64,000 bases of DNA from an archaeon BMS3Bbin15 (GCA_002897955.1 BDTY01000050.1:2641-66640), one strand, 5' to 3'. Counted from the stretch's first letter, positions 41,820-51,186 are shown. The notes: a model not told the origin generated them from the sequence alone. Translations and numbers: made by a program.

Positions 41820-42129
41820 AGTCTTGAAATCTTCTCTGCCTTCTTTTCGCCTATGCCTGGCACCTGCATTAACTCTTTTTTGCGGCAGAGAAAACCTTTT
41901 TAGGCGTACCGAAGTGCATCAGAAGCCTTTATGCCAATTCTGTTCCGATTTTTGACAGGCCTGCAACAAGAAAAAGCTGCCTTTCATAGAACTCCTGCAT
42001 CTTTGGTTTATACCTTATTCTAGTCTTTGTTGTCCTATCTTCTTTATGTTCCCTTTTTGTCAGGCTGAAGATAGCTTCTGCTCCAATTTCTGATAAAATT
42101 TCAGGAATGCCTGAGTTTTTTTGTGCACA

Positions 42130-42903
42130 TCAGCTATTATCTTCATTCCTCACATTCAAAAATGCTGTTGGTGTGGCTATGCTTATATATGTATAAATAA
42201 TAGCCTGGATTAACCTGCCCCCTATAAATAAAATTAAAACAAGAGCGAAGGCTTTGCCCTGCATTTTGGTTATAGAAGCAACAATAAGCATTAAAATAAT
42301 GAGAAGAGAGAAGAAGAGATTCAAAATTATAATCTCCTTTCTGTTTTTCATCCCCATGTTGAAGCTCATAGAGAGAGCTTCAAGACTTCCAAGCCTGTCA
42401 ATTACTGCTGAAGGAATTGCAAAAAAGAAAACTAATGCAAAAATTACAAAGGAAAGGATTGCTAAAATAAAAGAGACAATTATAAGGGATGGAATATTAA
42501 ATACAAGAGCAAGAACAGTAGGGATTAAGATAAAAAACATGGATATGGATATAAAAACAAGGGAAACTATACCAAGTATAAAGAGTACCTTTCCCTGCTT
42601 CAGCGTGTTTATGAGTGCTCTTATGAGGGATATCTCTCTCTCATTGTGATAGTCCTCTGCTATAACAGAGTACATACCGTATATTATCATATCCAGGGCA
42701 AGAAGAAAGATAGAAAACAGGGCAAGAAGTGCAAGCCCCCTGATAATTTGTTCTACATTACCTGCTTTAGAAATAACCACAACCTCTGCTGCTTTCAGTA
42801 TAAATATTGTATATAGGGCTGTTGTAAATACTCTCGGCAGGAAGAGTTTTGGTTCTTCCATTATAATCTTCAGGGACTTCTTAAGAATAAGTAAAATTTC
42901 CAT
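42130..42903 (-). CDS. integral membrane protein, unknown function
   Basis: Multiple TM helices. The start is placed at the internal Met to avoid a 120-nt antisense overlap with sepF. Confidence 0.4.
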   Translation of the reverse strand: MEILLILKKSLKIIMEEPKLFLPRVFTTALYTIFILKAAEVVVISKAGNVEQIIRGLALLALFSIFLLALDMIIYGMYSVIAEDYHNEREISLIRALINTLKQGKVLFILGIVSLVFISISMFFILIPTVLALVFNIPSLIIVSFILAILSFVIFALVFFFAIPSAVIDRLGSLEALSMSFNMGMKNRKEIIILNLFFSLLIILMLIVASITKMQGKAFALVLILFIGGRLIQAIIYTYISIATPTAFLNVRNEDNS

Positions 42904-42974
42904 CGTCTCGAAAACCTTATATATCCACGACTTTAAAAAGTTTACATAGGAAATTCCCGTGAAGGAGGATTTGT

Positions 42975-43403
42975 ATGGTATTCGAGAATATTCTGAAAAG
43001 GTTTCAGAGATATCCTTCGAGAAGTTACACCAATCTTGATGATTATTTTGAACTGGAAGTTCAAGAGAGTTATGAAAGGCAAGGTGCTTCTCCAAGATTA
43101 ATAAAGGTATGTAAACTCAGAAACTTTGCAGATATAAATAGTTCTGCGCGCGATCTGGGTAGTGGTAATGTTGTAATTCTCGATATAAAACCTCTTGCAG
43201 AGAGGAGTATAAACGAGTTAAAACTTGCTATAGATGAGATAAAGGAGATAGTTAAAAGCATGAATGGAGATATAGCTGGTTTAAGTGACTATCACCTTAT
43301 TTTAACCCCACATACCATGAAGATTGAGCGCGGTGAGAAACAAAAAAAAAGCGGTTTTGACGAAGTGATGGAAAACATAAGGAAGAGAACAGGCAATGGG
43401 TAG
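42975..43403 (+). CDS. sepF: cell division protein SepF homolog (DUF552)
   Basis: 142 aa. NVVILDIKPL...LKLAIDEIKEI...GDIAGL matches the archaeal SepF core. Confidence 0.6.
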   Translation: MVFENILKRFQRYPSRSYTNLDDYFELEVQESYERQGASPRLIKVCKLRNFADINSSARDLGSGNVVILDIKPLAERSINELKLAIDEIKEIVKSMNGDIAGLSDYHLILTPHTMKIERGEKQKKSGFDEVMENIRKRTGNG

Positions 43404-43902
43404 TGTATTATGTCCTGCCTGCAGCTCATCAGGGGTACTGCTTGATTTTCATGTCCACACCATTCCCTACTTTGGTGAGGTAATGGAGAGTATTCTGGTA
43501 TGTAAAGACTGCAACTACAGGCATGTGGATGTTCAGATACTTGAGAATAAAGAACCCTGCAGGTATATTCTCGAGGTGAGTTGTGAGGAAGGCATGAGTG
43601 TAAGAGTTGTACGTTCCAGCATGGGCAGGATAATCATACCCAAGCTCGGAGTTGAAATTTCTCCGGGTGGTGACTCACAGGGTTTCATATCAAATATTGA
43701 AGGTGTGCTTGATAGGGTTTCCATGGCAGTGAGGACAGCCACGCACTGGTCAGATGATGAGGAAAAAAAGATGAAGGCAGAAATACTTCTTGGTAGGATA
43801 GATGATATTAAGGATGGAAAGGAGAAAGTTACTGTAATTATCGAAGACACATCAGGTAACAGTGCAATAATCTCTGATAAAGCAATAAAGGAGAAAATAT
43901 GA
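43396..43902 (+). CDS. ZPR1-type zinc finger protein
   Basis: CPACSS ... CKDCNY C4 finger, followed by the ZPR1 beta-sandwich pattern. Confidence 0.65.
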   Translation: MGSVLCPACSSSGVLLDFHVHTIPYFGEVMESILVCKDCNYRHVDVQILENKEPCRYILEVSCEEGMSVRVVRSSMGRIIIPKLGVEISPGGDSQGFISNIEGVLDRVSMAVRTATHWSDDEEKKMKAEILLGRIDDIKDGKEKVTVIIEDTSGNSAIISDKAIKEKI

Positions 43903-44387
43903 ACTTTTCACCACCGACTGAGAGTGAGTTAGAGTTGATAAGGGAAGGCTCTATGGAATATGGAGCAGACATTCTTAGACCTATCAGGGGAAGAAGCCTT
44001 CTTGTTGCGCATGGCAGGAGGGAAGTTTTTCTTGTGTCTGAGGGGGCTGGTAAGCTTATGGAGAATTTAGATGGTGCTTACTGTGCAGGACTCAGCCTAG
44101 GGGAAATTAAAGGTAAGAAGTTCAGGCTTGGGCTTGAAGGCGCTTTTCTGATTGCAAGGGAGGCGGCTAACAGAGTTGTGGTGAATGATAAGGGCGAGCA
44201 GTTATCTTTATATGGTAGAGATATATTTATAAATTCAGTATTACGATATCCTCCTCTTAAGGAAGGCATGAAGTGCCTTATAGTCAACAGGCATGAGGAA
44301 CCTCTTGCTCTGGGAATTTTCAGAGGTGGAAGGGTATTTGTAGAGAATGTAAAAGATAGAGGATGGTATTTAAGAAAAGGCGGATAG
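43899..44387 (+). CDS. Nip7-like protein with C-terminal PUA domain (UPF0113)
   Basis: 162 aa. The C-terminus (CLIVNRHEEPLALGIFRGG) is a PUA fold. Confidence 0.5.
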   Translation: MNFSPPTESELELIREGSMEYGADILRPIRGRSLLVAHGRREVFLVSEGAGKLMENLDGAYCAGLSLGEIKGKKFRLGLEGAFLIAREAANRVVVNDKGEQLSLYGRDIFINSVLRYPPLKEGMKCLIVNRHEEPLALGIFRGGRVFVENVKDRGWYLRKGG

Positions 44388-45142
44388 GAGTTGATGATGT
44401 GGTACTTGAAAAAGGTGATTTTGTCAGGATAAGTTATATAGGAAAGATAAAGGATACCGGTGACGTTTTTGATACAACAATCGAAGAAGTGGCTAAAGAA
44501 GCAGGAATTTACAGTGACAAGGTGACCTTCAGGTCTGAATCTGTTATTATCGGTGCAGGACATGTTATTAAGGGTCTGGATGAAGCTTTAATAGGCCTTG
44601 AGGTTGGAGAGAAGGAGGTAATTGAGGTTCCTCCTGAGAAGGCGTACGGAGTCAGAGACCCGAGTATGGTAAAGACCTACCGTCTCAAAGAGTTCAAGAA
44701 GCATGGATTGAAGCCCCATCCCGGTATGACGGTGGATATTGAAGGAAAAAAAGGCAGGGTTCAGAATGTCAGTGCTGGCAGGGTTGTGGTTGATTTTAAT
44801 TCTGAGCTTGCTGGTAGGGCAGTTACCTATGAAATAAATGTGGAGGAGAAGGTGAATAAGCTTGAGGAAAAGATAAGGCTTCTCATGGAACGCTACTTCT
44901 CCTACATTAATGGTAATGATAGCGATATAAAGTGTGAAGGTGAAAAAGCTGTGATTTTTCTGCCAGACGCTGTCAGGCTACACTCGGATGCTTTCGTTGC
45001 CAAACAGCTTCTTGCAAATGACATATTTACCCATCTTGAGTTGAAGGAAGTCGAATTCAGGGAGATTTTCAGAAAGGAAGAGGAAGAAAAAGAAGTCAAA
45101 GAGGAGGAGGAGGCAGAGGTCAAAGAGGAAAAAGAGGATTAA
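44363..45142 (+). CDS. long-type archaeal FKBP peptidyl-prolyl isomerase with an acidic/basic C-terminal tail
   Basis: GDFVRISYIGK ... VIKGLDEALIGLEVGEK FKBP core with an IF insertion. A GTG at about 44399 (VVLEKGDFV) with an upstream GGAG is the more likely real start. Confidence 0.75.
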   Translation: MVFKKRRIGVDDVVLEKGDFVRISYIGKIKDTGDVFDTTIEEVAKEAGIYSDKVTFRSESVIIGAGHVIKGLDEALIGLEVGEKEVIEVPPEKAYGVRDPSMVKTYRLKEFKKHGLKPHPGMTVDIEGKKGRVQNVSAGRVVVDFNSELAGRAVTYEINVEEKVNKLEEKIRLLMERYFSYINGNDSDIKCEGEKAVIFLPDAVRLHSDAFVAKQLLANDIFTHLELKEVEFREIFRKEEEEKEVKEEEEAEVKEEKED

Positions 45143-45576
45143 GTCTTGGGCCTTAAAGTTACTGCAATAAGCTCAAGGCTGAGGGGGCATTTTATTTTTC
45201 TATTTACTTCTTCAACAATCACTTTTTCGTTTTTCTCCAGACCTTCTGGTCTGCATCTTATATAATTCTTGCATAGCACATTTATACACTCTACAGGTTC
45301 AAAGTTCAGGCTTGCTCTGGGTATAGCTTTCTTTGGCTGAATTGCTGCTTCACTGCTTGCCTCTTCCACCTCGACAACCTTTGCCTTGCCATATATTTTG
45401 CATCTGTGCTCAAAGTTGCGTACATCAACAATTATGTACTTTCTACCAGTGACGAGATTTTTAATGCATACGTTGTAGAGAGAGCAGTCTTTACATTTGC
45501 TGCTTTCATGATAACTGACAAATTTATAACCTTTTTTTGCATGGGCTTCATCTATTAATGTGATAATTCTCTTCAT
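45139..45576 (-). CDS. conserved archaeal Cys-containing protein (UPF0179-like)
   Basis: 145 aa. It overlaps egsA by 4 nt. The family assignment is tentative. Confidence 0.35.
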   Translation of the reverse strand: MKRIITLIDEAHAKKGYKFVSYHESSKCKDCSLYNVCIKNLVTGRKYIIVDVRNFEHRCKIYGKAKVVEVEEASSEAAIQPKKAIPRASLNFEPVECINVLCKNYIRCRPEGLEKNEKVIVEEVNRKIKCPLSLELIAVTLRPKT

Positions 45577-46622
45577 TCAATCACTCCTGTATATATTGCA
45601 GCCTTTTCTGCTTTATCTTTATCAATATTGAGATGTTCGAGTATAGTATATCGATGTGGTTTTATCTTCTTTGCACTGACAAGAGCATCCACAATCAGCC
45701 TGCTATCAATATCAAGCTCCTCTGCAGTTGTTGGAGCGCCTATGTTTTTCAGGGCATCTCTTACTGCACACCAGTCTCCCCCATGAAGGTACATCGTCAT
45801 TATTGACCCTACAGCGCACTGTTCGCCGTGAAGAGCTGGCTTCTCAGCCAGTATGTCCAGAGCATGACTGAACTTGTGCTCTGAGCCTGAGGCAGGTCTT
45901 GATGAGCCTGCAATGCTCATGGCAACTCCACATGAAATAAGAGCTTTTATAACTTTTCTGATAGCAGCCTCTCCTCTTTGAGGTATTTCATTTTCTGCAT
46001 GAACAATAATTTCTGCTGCCATTTCTGACATGGCAATAGAATATTCACTTATCTCTTCATCCTTCACCTGTCTGGCGAGCATCCAGTCTTTTACCGAAGT
46101 ATACTTTGAGATTACATCGCCGCATCCACTTGCTAATAATCTGTATGGAGAAGATTTTATTATGTCTGTGTCAGCAACAACAGCAATTGGAGGCTCGGCA
46201 GCTCTTGAAGTTACTCCTCTACTGTTTTTTATTGAAGCTATTGCACTGGCTATGCCGTCATGGCTTGCTGCTGTGGGAATACTCACAAATTCAAGACCTG
46301 CAATTTTCGATGCAAGTTTTGCAACATCTATTACCCTGCCTCCACCGGCAGCAGCAATGAAGTCTGCTTTAATCTTTTTTGAAATATCAACCACATTTTT
46401 AACACTTTCTTCACTGGCCTCTCCAATCTTCTCCATCTCAACCTCGAAGTTATCATTCATAAGAGAGGCAAGCCTTCCGCCGGCTATCCTGTAAGTTGTC
46501 TCACCAGTTACAATGAGAACTTTTTTTCCCAATCTGAGCTCATCGCATACTTCAGGTACTCTTTCAAGCACATTCTTTCCAATGATTACCTCTCTGGGAA
46601 GTTTCATCACCTTTGCTCTCAT
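45573..46622 (-). CDS. egsA: glycerol-1-phosphate dehydrogenase [NAD(P)+]
   Basis: 349 aa. Fold of the iron-dependent ADH / glycerol dehydrogenase superfamily, and the G1PDH-typical N-terminus LPREVIIGKNVLERV. Confidence 0.75.
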   Translation of the reverse strand: MRAKVMKLPREVIIGKNVLERVPEVCDELRLGKKVLIVTGETTYRIAGGRLASLMNDNFEVEMEKIGEASEESVKNVVDISKKIKADFIAAAGGGRVIDVAKLASKIAGLEFVSIPTAASHDGIASAIASIKNSRGVTSRAAEPPIAVVADTDIIKSSPYRLLASGCGDVISKYTSVKDWMLARQVKDEEISEYSIAMSEMAAEIIVHAENEIPQRGEAAIRKVIKALISCGVAMSIAGSSRPASGSEHKFSHALDILAEKPALHGEQCAVGSIMTMYLHGGDWCAVRDALKNIGAPTTAEELDIDSRLIVDALVSAKKIKPHRYTILEHLNIDKDKAEKAAIYTGVIE

Positions 46623-46738
46623 CGAATTATATTTTATTTATTGAAATATAAAGCTTATTAGAAGTATAATTGTATATTTTCAATATAGTTGAACAATCAA
46701 AAAAGAGAAAGAATTAAAATTAAATAAAAAGAAGCCGC

Positions 46739-48076
46739 TCAGAGCAGCTTGTAGTACTTTTCCAGCTCCCAATCATGGACCTGAACTCTGTATTCGTCCC
46801 ATTCATCCTTCTTGAGAAGAAGAAGGCTATCAAATACATGGTCGCCCATTGTATTGCGCATAAGTTCGGAATTTTCAAATTCAGACATTGCCTCTCCGAG
46901 ATTTGCTGGAAGACTGCCTATTCCAAGCTCCTTCTGCCTTGCCTCTGTCATGTGGAAAATGTTCTCTTCTATGGGGTCTGGAATTTCAAGCTTCTCTTTT
47001 ATTCCAGCAAGACCTGCACTTAGCATGGCAGCAAAGGCAAGGTAAGGGTTACATGCAGGGTCAGGTGATCTGAACTCCATTCTTGTGGCCTTTTCCTTTC
47101 CTGGCTTGTAGAGTGGAACTCTTATCATAGCGGACCTGTTCCTTCTTGCCCAGGAGACATAGACAGGAGCTTCATAACCTGGAACAAGTCTCTTATAGGA
47201 GTTCACCCACTGGGCGAGAACAAGAGTGATTTCCCTGGCATACTTGAGGCACCCTGCTATATACTGTTTTCCGGTATCTGAGAGGTACCACTTGTCGTCA
47301 GCATCAAAGAAGGCATTTTTACCGTCTAATGTAAATAGACTCTGGTGTGTATGCATTCCTGAGCCATTCTCTCCGAAGATTGGCTTGGGCATGAAAGTAC
47401 CATATAAATCATTCTGGCTTGCTATTGCCTTTACAGCCATCCTGTAAGATAGAGCATTATCAGCCATGGTTAAGGCATCGGTATAGCGCAGGTCAATTTC
47501 ATGCTGACTTGGAGCTACTTCGTGGTGGGAGTACTCCACCCTTATATTCATCGATTCAAGGGCAAATATAATCTGCCTTCTAACATCTTCGGCAGTGTCA
47601 AGAGGTAATAAGTCAAAGTATCCGCCTAAATCTGTGACCTCGGGACTTTCCATAGATTTGAATAAAAAGAACTCAAGTTCTGGACCCACATTCATTGTGT
47701 AACCCATTTTCTTTGCATCTTCAACAGTACGCTTGAGTGTATATCTGGGGTCACCTTCAAACGGTCTTCCTTCAGGAGTGAGAATATCGCAAACTATCCT
47801 GCCCACCTTTTTATCCTGGGGTCTCCATGGTAGCAGTGTAAATGTATCAAGGTCTGGCATGGCTATCATGTCGCTCTCATGAATTGGCGTATAACCAAGA
47901 ATGGAGCTTCCATCAAAACCCATACCCTCGTCTATGGCTGTTTCCAGCTCTCTTGCAGGTATTGCAAAGCTTTTCAACACTCCCAGAACATCTGTAAACT
48001 GAAACTTCACAAAAGCTACATCTTTCTTCTCTACTATGTTAAAAATCTTCTGTTTTTTCTCCTCTAAGCTGCTCAT
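46739..48076 (-). CDS. glnA: glutamine synthetase type I
   Basis: 445 aa. Characteristic GS-I motifs (FDGSS, GMHTHQS, NPYLAFAAM). Confidence 0.85.
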   Translation of the reverse strand: MSSLEEKKQKIFNIVEKKDVAFVKFQFTDVLGVLKSFAIPARELETAIDEGMGFDGSSILGYTPIHESDMIAMPDLDTFTLLPWRPQDKKVGRIVCDILTPEGRPFEGDPRYTLKRTVEDAKKMGYTMNVGPELEFFLFKSMESPEVTDLGGYFDLLPLDTAEDVRRQIIFALESMNIRVEYSHHEVAPSQHEIDLRYTDALTMADNALSYRMAVKAIASQNDLYGTFMPKPIFGENGSGMHTHQSLFTLDGKNAFFDADDKWYLSDTGKQYIAGCLKYAREITLVLAQWVNSYKRLVPGYEAPVYVSWARRNRSAMIRVPLYKPGKEKATRMEFRSPDPACNPYLAFAAMLSAGLAGIKEKLEIPDPIEENIFHMTEARQKELGIGSLPANLGEAMSEFENSELMRNTMGDHVFDSLLLLKKDEWDEYRVQVHDWELEKYYKLL

Positions 48077-48237
48077 TGAAATACCTCCTGTTAATCTATT
48101 TCAATCTATTTTTTCAGTAGTATTACTAAATATACAACCCTTTATAAAGCTATTTAAGAGGTGTTATGAAATTTTATGAAAATTCTGATTTGAGTAATAT
48201 ATGATGACAGGCTTTATATACTTAACATGATAATGAT

Positions 48238-48247
48238 ATCATATGAT
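48238..48247. promoter_or_regulatory. perfect palindrome ATCATATGAT upstream of merB (candidate operator)
   Basis: The same 10-mer recurs at about 48977 upstream of the ArsR-type regulator gene. Confidence 0.4.
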
Positions 48248-48284
48248 ACCTTGGTCATTTTTAATGTGGCCGACCATGTAGCGG

Positions 48285-48941
48285 GTGATTATCATGAAAA
48301 GGCTTATGGAGCAAATCGGAGAAGCGGTGAGAGGTCGGATAGGGGAGGCAGAATTAAGCCACCTTGAGAACGAAATCCGGAAATGCATACTGAGGGGGTT
48401 TGCGAGAGGAGGCAGAGCCCCTGCCCCTGAAGAAATTGCGGCAGAGCTGGTTCTGCCCATTGACACAGTCAGCAAAACTATAGAAAAGCTTGGAAATGCC
48501 GACATTCTGCTGAGTAAAGGAGGTCATATTATATCCGCGTATCCTTTCTCAGCTGTTGAAACGCGTCACAGGGTGATTTTTGAGGATGGGCATGAGGTCT
48601 ATGCTCTCTGCGCCACCGACGCTCTTGGTATTCACTTCATGCTGGGTGATAATATAACCATACTCTCAAGATGCCCGGAATGCGAAGATGAGATTAGAAT
48701 TGTAGTCAAGGAGGGCAGGATAACCTCTGCAACCCCTGAGGATGCTGTTGAATTTGTTGGTGATAGGGAGAGGTGCGGATGCACAGCGGAAACCATGTGC
48801 CCTTTCATCAACTTCTTCTGCTCCCAGGAGCATCTGGAGGCGTGGAGATTGAAAAATTTAGAATACAGAGATGGGGAGATTTATTCACCAAACGAAGCCT
48901 TGGAATACGGCAGGTCTATATTTGGAGATTTTGTAAAATAA
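48285..48941 (+). CDS. merB: organomercurial lyase MerB
   Basis: YALCATDAL aligns with the MerB catalytic Cys96/Asp99 motif. CPFINFFCSQEH corresponds to the Cys159 region. Confidence 0.65.
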   Translation: MIIMKRLMEQIGEAVRGRIGEAELSHLENEIRKCILRGFARGGRAPAPEEIAAELVLPIDTVSKTIEKLGNADILLSKGGHIISAYPFSAVETRHRVIFEDGHEVYALCATDALGIHFMLGDNITILSRCPECEDEIRIVVKEGRITSATPEDAVEFVGDRERCGCTAETMCPFINFFCSQEHLEAWRLKNLEYRDGEIYSPNEALEYGRSIFGDFVK

Positions 48942-48976
48942 TTGCGAAAGTTTTATATAATTTATATGATACTCTA

Positions 48977-48986
48977 ATCATATGAT
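48977..48986. promoter_or_regulatory. second copy of palindrome ATCATATGAT, with the ATATGATAC half-site repeated 13 nt upstream
   Basis: It lies directly upstream of the ArsR-family gene, as expected for an autoregulatory operator. Confidence 0.4.
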
Positions 48987-49320
48987 GTATGAATCATTCA
49001 AACTCTTCGCAGGCGTGCTATCCAACCGTACCCGCTTCGACATAGTGATGCTGCTCATGAAGAAGGAGATGAGCGTTCTTGAGCTGTGCAGTGAGAGCGG
49101 TTATGAGCAGAGCAGGGTATCTCACAACCTCAGGTGTCTCCTCAACTGCGGTTTTGTTGATGTGGAACAGCAGGGCAGGAGGCGTGTTTACAGCCTTAAC
49201 CATGAAATGAAGGATTTAATATCAGGAATGGAAAATCATATCCAGCTTTATGAAGTCAGGCTGAGAAAGTGCGATATTCTGAGGGAGGAGGGCATAACTT
49301 CTATCAGGGTGGAAAGATGA
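48982..49320 (+). CDS. ArsR/SmtB-family HTH regulator (probable metal-responsive repressor of the mer locus)
   Basis: Winged HTH MSVLELCSESGYEQSRVSHNLRCL. Confidence 0.7.
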   Translation: MMYESFKLFAGVLSNRTRFDIVMLLMKKEMSVLELCSESGYEQSRVSHNLRCLLNCGFVDVEQQGRRRVYSLNHEMKDLISGMENHIQLYEVRLRKCDILREEGITSIRVER

Positions 49321-49751
49321 AAGGCAGAAAATTAAATCCTGTACTTATTCTGTTCATTTTAGTTGCAGTTTTTTTTGTAGTTTATAATCTGTATCCTTTA
49401 TTCGGTGGAAATAACCCTGGAGAATTAAAAAATTTGAATAACCAGTCATACAGCAGCAAAACACCTGTAATTTACTACTTCTGGCTCCAGTGCACGGAGT
49501 GCGAGTCGACAAATAAGGCAGTGTCGGAAGCTGCTGAACATTACAGGGGGAAAATTGAATTTAGATTGATAAATGTAGTAACAAACAAGAATGCTAAATC
49601 TATTGCAAATATGTTTGGTGTGAAATATGTCCCATACCTTGTATTTTTAGACGGGAATGGAAATCTACTGAAGAAAAAGGGTGGAGAAACGAGTTACAGG
49701 GAAATTACAGAAATTATAGAAAATCTGTATCCCAAAGTTAAGGAAGGATGA
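49314..49751 (+). CDS. membrane-anchored thioredoxin-fold protein (CxxC)
   Basis: N-terminal TM helix, then VIYYFWLQCTEC (CxxC) and a cis-Pro region KYVPYLVFLDGNG. The ATG overlaps the regulator stop in an ATGA arrangement. Confidence 0.5.
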   Translation, partial: KMKGRKLNPVLILFILVAVFFVVYNLYPLFGGNNPGELKNLNNQSYSSKTPVIYYFWLQCTECESTNKAVSEAAEHYRGKIEFRLINVVTNKNAKSIANMFGVKYVPYLVFLDGNGNLLKKKGGETSYREITEIIENLYPKVKEG

Positions 49752-49752
49752 A

Positions 49753-50013
49753 ATGGGAGATAAAAAGAAAAAGCGTGGCATAATTGTAGCAGCAGGTGGA
49801 TTGATTGGTCTGATTACTGCCTCAGCCTGCTGCCTGCCTGTGGTTGCCGTGCTACTGGGTGGTCTTGGTGGAATAAGTCTCGTTATTGCAATTGCAACAT
49901 ACAAGCTGCCTTTAACTCTCCTGGGAATAGGTCTTATACTGTTGAGCCTGTGGTACTATATGAGAGAGGATAAATGTGAGAAGTGTAATCTCGAAAAGGA
50001 GGTAAAAAAATGA
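49753..50013 (+). CDS. MerF/MerT-like small mercury transporter (two TM, vicinal Cys)
   Basis: TM1 carries SACCLPVV, the CC-(L/V)-P motif of MerT/MerF. A second Cys pair, CEKC, sits at the C-terminus. Confidence 0.45.
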   Translation: MGDKKKKRGIIVAAGGLIGLITASACCLPVVAVLLGGLGGISLVIAIATYKLPLTLLGIGLILLSLWYYMREDKCEKCNLEKEVKK

Positions 50014-50708
50014 AATTTGAAATAGAGGTGATGGCTGAGAAGGTTTGCAAAAGGTGTGAAACAGAGGGTATGAAAGTTGTACCTCTAACTCTGGGGGTGC
50101 ATGTAAAGGAGGAGTATTGGGACAAAATAGACGAGGACTTTTACTTCTGTCCTTCACAGGAGTGCGATGTGGTGTACTTCAACAATGTTAAGGATGTTTA
50201 CCTCACAGAGGCTGAGGTTAAAACAAGGGTAGGAATTAAAGAAGATTCTGAGCCAAAGCCTCTGTGTTATTGCAACAGGGTTACGGATGAAATGCTCAGG
50301 AAGGCGATTATCGAGGAGAAGTGCTGTTCCACTCTCGAGGGTGTTCAGGAGGTTACGAATGCGGGGAAGGGCAGGTGGTGCCTGACAACAAATCCCTCTG
50401 GCAGGTGCTGCGAGTGGTATCTCAAGGATATAATAAACTCATATCTGAGTCAGGTGGAGGTTGAAGCTTCGGAGGATGTGAAGAAGGAGAAAGCTTTGAA
50501 GAGGCTGGTGCTGAAGGTTACAGGAATGACATGTCAGGGCTGCGTGGGAGTTGTCAGGGGTAACCTGGAGAGTGTGGGAGCAGGCAAAGTCAGAGTGTCT
50601 CTCAGCGGGGGTAAGGCAGAGATGCTTGTGCCTCAGAGTGATAGCGCTGAAAAGTTTGTGAAGGCTGTCAGGAATGCCGGGTATGAGGCAGAGGTTGTGG
50701 GAAGGTGA
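50010..50708 (+). CDS. CopZ-like metallochaperone: Cys-rich N-terminal domain fused to a C-terminal HMA domain
   Basis: The C-terminus LKVTGMTCQGCVGVV is an HMA GMTCxxC motif. The N-terminal 130 aa carry about 11 Cys (CKRC, CPSQEC, CYC, CCS, WCL, RCCEW). This resembles the Zn/[2Fe-2S] domain described for Archaeoglobus CopZ. Confidence 0.55.
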   Translation: MKFEIEVMAEKVCKRCETEGMKVVPLTLGVHVKEEYWDKIDEDFYFCPSQECDVVYFNNVKDVYLTEAEVKTRVGIKEDSEPKPLCYCNRVTDEMLRKAIIEEKCCSTLEGVQEVTNAGKGRWCLTTNPSGRCCEWYLKDIINSYLSQVEVEASEDVKKEKALKRLVLKVTGMTCQGCVGVVRGNLESVGAGKVRVSLSGGKAEMLVPQSDSAEKFVKAVRNAGYEAEVVGR

Positions 50709-50859
50709 GTTTGTAAAAGTATGGGGGTTGTACTACTAACTATATTTGAATGTAAAGAGGAGCACTGACTAAAATAGTATTTGAAGAGAATATAATAGAA
50801 AGGAGTAGAAATGCTTATAAAACCAGGTATAAAAATATAATGGAACTGGGTGTAAAATA

Positions 50860-51186
50860 ATGTTTATAATAAAGTCTCTGGCCCTCTTTGTCCTTGCAGG
50901 TCTTGCTGAGATTGGAGGTGGATATCTTGTGTGGCAGTGGTATCGAGAGAGTCACAGCATTTATATTGGTGTCCTGGGTGCCATAATCCTTGTGCTTTAC
51001 GGCATAATTCCCACCTTCCAGCCTGCCAGTTTCGGCAGGGTATATGCTGCTTATGGCGGTATCTTCATCGTTATGGCCATATTATGGGGCTGGATGATAG
51101 ATAAAAAGCCTCCTGATATCTTTGAACTAATAGGTGGGGGTATATGCGTGATTGGAGTATTCATAATAATGTACTGGCCAAGGTGA
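50860..51186 (+). CDS. UPF0060 (YnfA) family small membrane protein
   Basis: 108 aa, four TM segments. RVYAAYGG motif identical to E. coli YnfA. Confidence 0.7.
   Translation: MFIIKSLALFVLAGLAEIGGGYLVWQWYRESHSIYIGVLGAIILVLYGIIPTFQPASFGRVYAAYGGIFIVMAILWGWMIDKKPPDIFELIGGGICVIGVFIIMYWPR

Noticed and set aside
46030-46494. 154-aa and 84-aa (46106..46360, Q/L-rich) + strand ORFs inside egsA
   Set aside because: They are antisense to the conserved G1P dehydrogenase. Their composition is an artefact of the GC-rich codon third positions of egsA.
48181-48250. Possible C/D-box sRNA (TGATGA at about 48202, CTGA at about 48185)
   Set aside because: The box order and spacing do not fit a C-D'-C'-D arrangement. 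The region is better explained as the merB promoter and operator.
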